A stretch of DNA of 64,000 nucleotides from Carcharhinus longimanus (Eukaryota). Where the stretch lies: the NCBI GenBank assembly GCA_030264375.1, contig JASCQW010000001.1:109839224-109903223 (forward strand). Reading direction: 5' to 3'. This document shows, in pieces, positions 50,588 to 60,355 of the stretch; within the stretch, counting starts at the first letter, position 1; the number at the start of each line of letters is the position of its first letter. Both the position numbers and the translations under genes were made by a program. The notes beneath the pieces are model-generated. The model saw only the letters and a list, made by a program, of their open reading frames with translations. It had not been told where the DNA came from and searched no databases.

Positions 50588-50936
50588 ATGGCAATCGCCA
50601 TGAGGACCACAGGCAGCTTGCTGGCTGTGGCCGCTCTGCTGGCCAGTACTGGGAGGTGGTGGCGCTTTGGCAGCGCTCTGTCCCGCAGCCTCGCAGCCGC
50701 CTGCCTCCAGAGCCCAGGCACCCTGGCACCGCTCTCCAAGCGGCCACAAGGATTCACCGAGTCCGGCCACAGGTGCCTGGTCTGGAGCGGGATCCCCAAT
50801 TTCGTCGAGAGGTTCCCGAACAAAGGTCTGGGAGATCACAGCCACTGCCGCAATCCGGACGGACGTCTGAAACCCTGGTGCTTTATCAGAAATCACCACG
50901 GAAGGATCGACTGGGGTTATTGCAACTGCAAACAGG
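50588..50936 (+). CDS. PRSS12: PRSS12 / neurotrypsin coding exon 1 (signal peptide + kringle domain)
   Basis: Hydrophobic leader (GSLLAVAALLASTG), then a kringle ...GHRCLVW...HSHCRNPDGRLKPWCF...GRIDWGYCNCKQG resembling the neurotrypsin kringle (CRSPDGAGRPWCF...GKVDWGYCDCRHG). Phase-1 donor G|GTGCGT at 50937. The second in-frame ATG at 50600 (gccATG) has the better -3 Kozak base. Divergent neighbour of METTL14, as on human 4q26. Confidence 0.9.
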
Positions 50937-51859
50937 GTGCGTACTGACACACATTTACTAAAGATAACTAGACAAGGTGCGGGACTCCCGTTAAAATTGC
51001 ACTGCTTAAGGTCCCTATGCGGTACAAGTCACTGAAATGTGTATGGGCACTGCGGTGCTCTTTTGGATTAAGTCATTCCCACTTGACGGAGGTGTGCACT
51101 ATTGTTACTGTGTAATCTCGGATACCTGGACACACGACTCCTGTAGTGGGTGAAACTGAACGATAACCGGATCAGATCTCTCACATTCAGTTGGAAACCT
51201 TGGAGCAGTAATTGACAGACAGTAAAACAGCAATGAAAGGCAATAGAATAACCCCTCGAGTTTATTTAATAGCACCCGCAAGCTACTTGTATTATGATTT
51301 TGCGTCTTTCTCCAGTTTGGGAACCAAATGCCAGTTTGGTCATTACATTAGACAGTTGCGCTTGTCACATGGACAGGGTTTGGACACTTGCTGTGGTCAA
51401 TCCTTCGAAGAACTGCAGGTTCTGATTGCAAATGTTAGTTGTTAGAAAAGTCTCGAAAGCATTCGAAACATTTTATATAAAATAGATTTAATTTTAAAAA
51501 AGAATGAGAATTGAACAAACTCATGTTTACCTAGTGGTTATCCCAGAAAATGAAATGATTGCATTTAAAGGCTGCTACTATCTTGAGTCATTATGGTATT
51601 ATATAATATGCAAAACATTTCCAGAAGAAAGCAAGGGTCCCTTTATAGAACCAGAAAGTGATACACTTTTTCAAGTAGCATTAGGTTGTTCAAATGGAAT
51701 GTGTTTTTGGCAAGATCTCATTTGTGCCATTTGTAAATGTTATTTGGACATATATATTGCTTCTGACCAGAGGTTTGGCTTTACAACCTGGAGCTGATGC
51801 TATGCTCTTACTTCATCACAGACATGTAATCCTTTGGGCTATTTAGTGTTTCGTATGTT

Positions 51860-52160
51860 CATAGAATCATAGAATCCCTACAGTGCAGAAGGAGGCCATT
51901 TGGCCTGCACCCCACTCCATCCCTGTCACCCCACATATTTACCCTGCTATTCCCTCCCAAAACCAGGGTCAATTTAACATGGCCAATCCACCTAATCAAC
52001 ACATCTCTGGGTGTGAAAGAAAACAGAGCACCCAGAAGAAACACATGCAGACACAGGGAGAACATGCAAACTCCACACAGGGAGTGACCCAAAGCCAGAA
52101 TTGAACCCAGGTCCCTGGAACAATGAGGCAGCAGTGCTAACCACTGTGCCACCATGCCGC
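51860..52160 (-). mobile_element. HE1-type SINE (PRSS12 intron 1)
   Basis: catagaatcatagaatccctacagtgcagaaggaggcc ... gcagtgctaaccactgtgccaccatgcc. Confidence 0.88.
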
Positions 52161-53779
52161 AGATACTCTGTTAAATGTTTGAATGCTAAGTGTTAGCTTT
52201 AAGCAACTGTCTTATGTTTGAAAACACTTTGAATCGACACCCTTCATTTCCTCATCGCCATTTCTCGCACAATATGGCTGCTCATCATCTGCCTTTGTAA
52301 TCCAAACCACTGGTGTATAAAAGACAGTCACCCACATAGCTCAGAAATAAGAGTGCTGGAGATTCTTCTGTCAGCTGTCCAATCCCCATAAGCTTTGCAG
52401 GGAATAACATTGAATATTCAGCTCTGAAATAGATCAGTTAGAATTATTCCACGCCTGTGTTTATACTCTACATACACCTCCTCACTCCCTTCATCTAATC
52501 TATCGTCACAACCTTCGATTCCTTCACCCTGCATATGTTTATCAAGGTTCCACTTAAATGTATCAATATTATGCACTGCTAACCATTTATAGGACAAAAT
52601 AAATTATCCTGAATTCCCTATTTCATTTATTAGTGACTATCTAATGCTTATGACCTGTGGTTTAGGCCTCTCCCAGCATTGGACAAATCTTCTTAATATC
52701 TACCCAATCAACCCTTATTCTAAAGAGCCTTATCTTTTCTAGAGAAAAGAGCCTCTTATTGCTTTCCTCATCCATCACCTACCGTGATCATTGGCCCTTC
52801 ATCAATCCACAGTCTTCCCTGCAATCTCCAATATTCCCATGAGACCGCCCTACTTCTTCTCCGGTTCTAATTGATCTTCAATTCCCCCTTCCCATCACCC
52901 CAATTCCAAGGATCATGCTGCACCCCCCCCCCGGCATTTCTAGACGAACAAGCACTAAACTTACCTAATGCTCATTACAGCCTTTTCTGGAGAACTTCCC
53001 TGCCCAACAGGTAGCCACTGAAAAAAATTATCCATGCTAAATTGTTCCTTAGTGTCAGGGGCGTTAGCAATGTAAATATACGGGATTATGAGGATAGGGC
53101 CTGGGTGGCATTGTTGTCGGTGCAGGCTTGATGGAGTAAATAGCCCCCTTCTGCACTATGAGGATTCTATGATTTTTAAGTATGTCACAGGAAATCCATC
53201 TTTCTTGGTTTTCAGATCATGATTTATCCTCCAGCTCTGAAATCAAGATCACTGAAAACCGATGCCTTACTTTCAAGTAGGGCGTGGCTTCCTTATTCTT
53301 GCAAAATGCACCACTGCACACTTATCTCTAGTAAAATTCCTTTGCCGCTCACATGCCCATTCTGCAGGTTTATTCATGTTTTCCTGTATCATGCTGCAAT
53401 CTTCTTCATATTAACCATACCTCCAGCTTGGTATTATCCCCAATATTGAAATTGTACTTTAAAATGATTCATTGCTGCACAGTTTTCAAATATGTGGTTC
53501 AGCCAAGAATTGCGAAAGCATCCCAAATGGGGGCAGGGAGATTCAAGAGACCGATAACCTTGGTAGCACTTGACGCTCTCCTTTCCCTTACTAGTTCATC
53601 AGCATAGGAACTGGTGATTTACAGCAATGCTTAAAGTACTGAGTCTACAAGCAAACAATGGCTAATGAGCAGTGTATTCACGTCATGGAGTGCGCAAAGA
53701 TCTTTTTGCCTTATTTCGAAACTACCTATCTAATCTGTTTTGATAACTGTTCTAAACCAAAAGGCTGCCCAATTTATTG

Positions 53780-56340
53780 GCCCTGATTTTGCAGTTAGTG
53801 GTGAAGGAATGGTGTTCACGCCTCATTATGATGACATGTGCCAACAAACATTTCTCAGGTTTTTAGGTGGCAGCTTATTGTTGTTGGATGTCTGATTCAG
53901 TGTGGTGTCCTTTACAGGGATCTGGGACATGTCTGAATGGAAAAGCAACTCTTCTGCCTCTTCTACTTATCACACTGAAGAACCCCCACTGAGACATGTG
54001 GGCCTTGATTTTAAGTTCCAGATACATTGGGAGTGGGACATCTGATGGTGCATGGGAAATCTGGATGCAGGGTTACTGTCAGTGGCATTTTAATTGAGTT
54101 AATGCAATGCCATTATATCTCTGGATTTACCAACCAATTATCTTCAGTGAGCTTAATGACGACCCACATTTCAACTCCAAATGTGATATTTGATGAGCTT
54201 TGGAGTTGGGAACTGAACAGAAGGGATTAGCAGAATGGAATTTATTGCCTCAATTTAGCTGCCTTGCCCGTCCAAGGCTCACAAGATCTTGCCTGAGGCC
54301 AAATGAGAATACCGTTCTGTGAGCCTCATCTGCCCCGATTCAGGGGCAGGCAAGGCGGTAAAATTCCAGCCATGCATATGTGTTCAAAGGTGACATCTTA
54401 TTTCAGTGGCATCTGCCTGGATGTGATGTTGGGGGCTCAAAGGAGGGAGTGTTTCCTTCTAATGGGAGGAAGTGAAACAAAGAGTGTATTCTATCTATGA
54501 GGTCAGGAAGGGGAGCATGGTATCACCCATGTCAGTTCAATGGCTAAAGCCATTTCATGCCATAGGCAGAGCAAAGCTGAATGTAGTGGAACTTTCAACC
54601 ACATCCTGATGTGTGTGTTACACCAAACCCTTCATTCTAACTTTACATCTACTCCAGCATATCATTTTATATGCCAATGTATCGTGAAGGTATGTACATC
54701 CTTTTCAGTCTTTGCACTTCCTCACATCCTGACCTGACACTCACTGTCATCTTATGCATTGCCCTTCATCTTCCTCACTTTCATCATCAACAAATACTTT
54801 CCATCTTTTCAACATATACCTTTACTCTCACGTATAGCTCTTTTCCTCATTGCAGGAGAAGAGACCTCAGAACAGGATGGAGAAGCAGAAAACCAGTGAT
54901 GGCCATCCAAACACCTCAACAGCCAGCTTTAGAGGAGGAAGAGGTACATCACCAAAGCCTCTGTTTGGGGCATCTGTTTTGGGGAGATGGGGACTTTCTG
55001 GCTACCTGGTGGCAGAGTTAAAAATCCAACAACCACATGGCTGATGTCATGAGTGAGTGAAATATGATCATGTGCATAATGATCACTATTGCCATGAGAG
55101 TTCTCATTTATGTTTATAATCTCCCATAGGGCCTTCAAGAATTCTGCTGGAGGTGGCCCAGGTACATAGTGACATCAACTCCTCAGAGGAGGCCACTCTG
55201 AGGGTGCACCATCACAGGACACATGTAGGCCACGCAGCAGCTCAGATACGCACGCTTTGATGGGACCAGTAAGGCATATAGTTGGGTTTTCATCCAATGA
55301 CTCCCACACCACAAGTGAACAAGAGTAGATGACAGAGCCACGGCCAGCAGTGGTGAGTTCACAAGTGAGATTTTACAGCCTTGCTTGACCTGAGATTAAT
55401 GGACATTTCCATTGTCCGCGTCTTGCCCGCTCCGATTCCGTGGCAAGTGAGGCAGTAGAATTCCGGCACACATCACATTCCAAGCTTTACTCAGCTGGAT
55501 GAAGCTGCTGCACCAAAGGGATTGCCAATGCATAGAATACTAGAGCAACAGCAAAGAAAATGTTATATATTGTCAGTCAGTTCCACTGTGTACGGTTGCA
55601 ATGAGATTGAATGAATCCAGCTCGTGCATGAGTGGTACGATGTCACAGGCCTTCATTATGTTGGCTTTGAAAGAGTGGCAATCTGCATGGAGCATCAAAT
55701 ACAGCAATAACAGGACTGCATGCAGGCTTTTTATGATTGCACGCTAGCTGCCCACTGACAGAGTGGAAATGAATATTTCTAGGTGAACTGGAGGTTCCTA
55801 AATTGGCGCCTGCAAGAAGCAAACCAGAACTGCAAACTGAGCACCAACGTAGTGGCAAAGACAACGTAATTGCCCATCCTGGAAGACAAGTCATCAGTCA
55901 TGTGAGATCCTGAACCTGTCTTCAGCAGAGCATTGGATGAATCCAGAAGCAAAGGAATTAAGGGCTGTGGTGGCTTTGACAGCCAGTGGCAAAGCACGTT
56001 CACTAGATTACCATTACGACAGATCTGGTCCAGCTAACCAAAGACCTTAGCAATCCACATTTTGCTCACGTTCTGTCATGCCAGCCTTTATGGCCAAGAC
56101 CTTGCCAAGGAATAATAGCAGAGACCCTGTGGTAGCAGGAGTGGAATGGAACCAACACGCCACCATTAAAAAACACTTCCTCCTCATAGGTTCCACAGCT
56201 TGCCCACTTAGCTTCAACCTGCCACACCAACATTGAGCACTTCTCAACTGTTTCTGTCCTGGCTAATGGCTTTGCACAGCAAATGGGCACAAGTGGGGCC
56301 TTGCAGGGAGCCTGGGCTACTGCTGTGGTGCAACCCAATC
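53780..56340 (+). mobile_element. PIF/Harbinger relic with decayed spliced Myb/SANT gene; internal MITEs (about 54230-54371, 55365-55468)
   Basis: YFSGICLDVMLGAQRRE-VFPSNGRK ... ECSGTFNHIL (54390-54610), then a pyrimidine-rich intron, acceptor ttgcAG (about 54854) and EKRPQNRMEKQKTSDGHP (degenerate EKxAxNxxExxKTGGG motif). Boundaries uncertain. Confidence 0.5.
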
Positions 56341-56349
56341 AATAATGTC

Positions 56350-56662
56350 TAGAATCATAGAATGCTGACAGTGCAGAAGAAGGCCAACTGGCCCATCAAG
56401 TCTGCACTCTGACAGAGTATCTTACCCAGGCCCTATCCCTGTAACTCCACATATTTACCTCACTAACTCTCCATCTTGGGACACTAACAGACAATTTAAC
56501 ATGGCTAATCCACCTAACTGGCACATCTGTGAATGAAGAAATCTGAGAACCCAAATGAGAATGTGCAAGCTCCAGTCAGACAGTCATCCAAAGCTGGAAT
56601 TGAACTCGGGTCCCTGACGCTGTGAGGCACCGTTGCTAACCACTGTGCCACCATGCTGCCCC
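56350..56662 (-). mobile_element. HE1-type SINE
   Basis: Family match from head to tail. Confidence 0.82.
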
Positions 56663-56917
56663 CATCATTGAGGATCAACCATAATCTTACCAAATGGTGC
56701 AGCAGGCTCCAGAGGCCATCTGGCCTATTTCCATTTCTATTTCTTATTAAAGCTTCAAAATGAAGAAATAGACAAATCTTCAAAGTTATCGAAACCTGGG
56801 GGAGGGAGGAGGCATCGGGGCTTGCCTGAGAGGTTCGGGTGGCCAGTGATCGTGGTGGGGTTGGGGGGCGGTCGGACTGTAACAATACAGGATCGTGGGG
56901 CTGGCCAGCGATTGAGA

Positions 56918-56986
56918 TGATGTGGGTATGCCGGCGTTGGACTGGCGTAAACACAGTAAAAAGTCTGACAACACCAGGTTTTAGTC
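56918..56986 (-). mobile_element. Penelope-like element terminus running into a gap
   Basis: gatgtgggtatgccggcgttggactggcgtaaacacagtaa...acaacaccagg is the reverse complement of the 18145-18206 terminus. Confidence 0.75.
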
Positions 56987-57716
56987 NNNNNNNNNNNNNN
57001 NNNNNNNNNNNNNNNNNNNNNNNNNNNNNNNNNNNNNNNNNNNNNNNNNNNNNNNNNNNNNNNNNNNNNNNNNNNNNNNNNNNNNNCCCCCGCCCACAAC
57101 CCCCCAAACCCCCGACGAAGAGGCAGTCCCCTCGAAAGCGATTGAGAGGCCAGAGGGCAGGGCTACTGCACAAGAAATAGGCCAGATGGCCCCTGGAGCC
57201 TGCTACACCATTTAATAAGATTGTAGTAAACCTCTAAGCAGAAGTACCTGAGTAAAACACACCTGTAAGATTTCAGTCATTTCCTGCTATATATTTAACT
57301 CCCACAATTGCTCACACGTTTCGGCTTTGCTTACACTGGCTAGTTCCAGGAAGCCAAGGAAACCTTAGGATCCACAGTTACATTGCACAAGTGTGTTAAT
57401 TTGGCTGTAATTGAGCGATTAATATATCAAAATTTCAAGATCATTGCTTGCACACACCTGTCGTTAAATGCAGACATTGATGTTTGAGTGGGTGACATAC
57501 AGTCAATTTTTTTCCATTCCAGCCACCCACTCTTCAGACCATTCCCAAATCCACAGGCTCTCTAATTTAAAATACAGCCCAGAACCAAGAAATATAGACC
57601 AAGAGCTATAAATTAGATTAAATCAGGCACAGAAAATGAAATAAAGTGAAAGGAAGATTGAATTAAGAGACAGAAATGAAAAAGGCAGCGGTAAAAGTAA
57701 AAAAATAAACTTTTAC

Positions 57717-57843
57717 AGCGGGATTTTCCAAGCGCGCTTACCTGAAAACCTTATGAGTCCTGCCTGACTTGAATGGACCTTTACCTGGTTTGCACTCCAC
57801 CCATTAGCATTCCAGTCATGGGCGGGATAGGAGAATTCCAGCC
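57717..57843. mobile_element. MITE
   Basis: Termini agcgggattttcc / ggagaattccagcc. Confidence 0.5.
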
Positions 57844-58579
57844 TCAACATCATCCAATGAGGTAAAAATTCTGAAGAAATATGACAGCACATATGTAAGA
57901 TTAAATTGCCATGTCCAGAAAGGTTGTTTGACAGTAATTAAGACTTATCACATTATTGAGACAAATACCACAAAATGTGAAGAGTGCTTCTCCATAACTT
58001 TGATCATACATACACCTAAGGTAATTTTAAAAATCCCAGCAGATAAATTGGAAGTCAAAGCAAACCCTCAGATCACCTTCAGGTTTATGAAGGTGTCGTG
58101 GAATTAGAAATTATAAAAGTATTAAGTGAAAGTTGCACAGAATACCAGCAAGAGATGTCCACCTTCTTTGTGGGCTCTGGAAAAGCTTTTGGCCGGGTGA
58201 ACTGCAAAAGCTGTTGAAAGTGCTGGATGCAATCAGAGTTGACCGGAAAAAAAAATAACAGAATGACCCATAACTTCCTGACCCGTAACCAGTGTTTGTC
58301 AGTGAGCATTAGTGAATGGGGCATTGAATGTTAAGATGTGGGCAGATGAGTTTTAGCTGACCTTGAGTGAGATTTTCTGTGTAACCTGCTATGAGTTTCA
58401 CTGCATTATCTTCTGGTCCCACCGTTGTTATGCCATGTAACCTGAAGCGGGGTGTGCCTCGATGGGACTGGAAGATCCCACCGGCTTGAATGGCTGCAAA
58501 GTCCTCGCTCTCATGTTTATGTGGCATGTGGGAGACATTGTCAGGAATCAAGTCTAGAGTTAATTCAGGCATGAATGTG

Positions 58580-59070
58580 GGTTTCAGCAGCAGATGAGCT
58601 GAGATGGGATTAAGTAAGTTGATGTTATGCAGGTGTATCTTAATAATGGCGAAAATATGCGATCAGTAGCTCAACTTGGGGTCAAGTGTGACACCAAGGT
58701 TGCAAGCAGACTGATTAAATCACAAACTGTTGCCAGTGAGAGGGATGAAATCTGTTGCTAGGGAATGGAGTTTGGAGCAAGGACTGAAAATAATAGCTTC
58801 AGCCTTCCCAATGTTTAATTGGAGGAAATTTCTGTTCGGCCAGTGCTAAATGTCAGAAAAACATTGGCTGATAATTTTGCCACAGAGGAAGAATGGAGAG
58901 AAGTGATGGTGAAGTAGGGTTGTGTGTCCTCAGTGTACATGTGAAGACTAATGCTCTGCTTTTGGATGATGTCACCAAGGGGCAGCTTGTAAATCAGAAA
59001 TTGGAGGAAGCTAAAGGTAGAACCTTGAGGAACACAAGGGCTAACAGTGTGAGAGCAGGAAGAGAAGGCA
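58580..59070 (-). mobile_element. L2 LINE RT fragment
   Basis: VPQGSTFSFLQFLIYKLPLGDIIQKQSISLHMYTEDTQPY resembles L2 GVPQGS.LGP.LF.IYM.PLG.II..H...FH.YADDTQLY. Confidence 0.85.
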
Positions 59071-59439
59071 TTATAAGATTCATTCATTCACATATGCCAT
59101 AAAAGTCAACTACAAAAACCATACCTTTTTGAATTCATTTTGAATATACAAATGTATCAGGTGAAATGTAAACCAAATTCTTAAAAATAAGTTATCATCA
59201 ATAATCTATTATCATTGATAAAGAACAATTATCCTGCATATGTTTCCTAAATGCATCTACGATTCAATTTCTTTTCAGAAGGGTGTATTGGATAAATAAA
59301 CTTCAGTGGATGTATAGATTCAGACCAGGTCCTTCCATAGGCAGTGATTCACACAGATTCATTTTACAGGCAGACAGATCATGATTTACACTAACTACCT
59401 CTGTAAGCAGATACAGCAAAATTCACACCAGTCATATCA

Positions 59440-59955
59440 GGGGAGATAATGGTCTTGTGGTTATATTCAGGCTATTGCTGAAGGGATATAGGTTTAAACT
59501 GCACCCAGGTAGTTGGCGACATTTAAATTCAATTAATAAATCTGAGTGTAACACTAGACTCAGTAATAGTGATCAGGAAACTATTGTAGATTGTTGTAAA
59601 AAAAACTCTAATTCACAAATGCCTTTTGATTTGATTTGATTTATTATTGTCACGTGTAAAGTATTGTTACTTGCATGCTATATAGACAATACGTACCATT
59701 CATAGAGAAGGAACAGAGAAGTGCAGACTGTAGTGTTTTAGCAAGGGTGCGGAGAAAGATCAACTTAGTGCGAGGTAGGTCCATTCAAATGTCTGATGGC
59801 AGCAGGGAAGAAACTGTCCTTTAAGGAAGAGAATCTGCCATTTTTACCTAGTTTGGTCTACATGTGAGACCAGACCCACAGTAATGGGATTATTTCTTCA
59901 CTGCCCTCTGAAATGGGCAACAAATGCTGGTACTGCCAGTGATGCCCATATCCCA
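59440..59955 (+). mobile_element. Second SINE family copy interrupted by a Rex1 3' end (about 59625-59815, minus)
   Basis: SINE core breaks at ...atgccttt, then ttgatttgatttgatttattattgtcacgtgt...gcagcagggaagaaactg, and resumes tcctttaaggaaga. Confidence 0.72.
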
Positions 59956-59956
59956 A

Positions 59957-60355
59957 CTAAATTCAACAACCTGGGAGTTACCATTGACCAGAAACAGGAT
60001 TAGTCATATAAATGCTGTGGCTGCAAGAACAGATCAGAGGCTGGGAATTGTGCAATGAGTAATTCACCTTTTGATTCTCCAGAGCCCATCCAGCATCTCC
60101 AAGTCAGGAGATGGAATATTGTTCACATGATTGGTTAGGTGCAATTCCAACAATACTCAAGGAGCTTGACACCATCTGGGACAAAGCAGCCTACTTGATC
60201 GGCACCCCATCCACACTTTAAATATTCCCTCTCTCCGTCACAGTGGCAGAAGTGTGCAACATCTACAACTGCAGCAATTTGCTAAGATACCTTCAACAGC
60301 ATTTTCCAAACCTGTGAAGAAGGGCAAGGGTAGCACATGTTCAGGAACACCACTA
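59957..60355 (+). mobile_element. CR1-clade LINE fragment of a second family (also 2585-2830, 11990-12175, 62880-63090)
   Basis: acctgggagttaccattgaccagaaac...gatcagaggctgggaatt...caggagatggaata...gcttgacaccatc. Confidence 0.6.

Noticed and set aside
50504-50950. 148-aa minus-strand ORF and other antisense ORFs over the PRSS12 exon
   Set aside because: Antisense shadows of a GC-rich coding exon with no recognisable domain.
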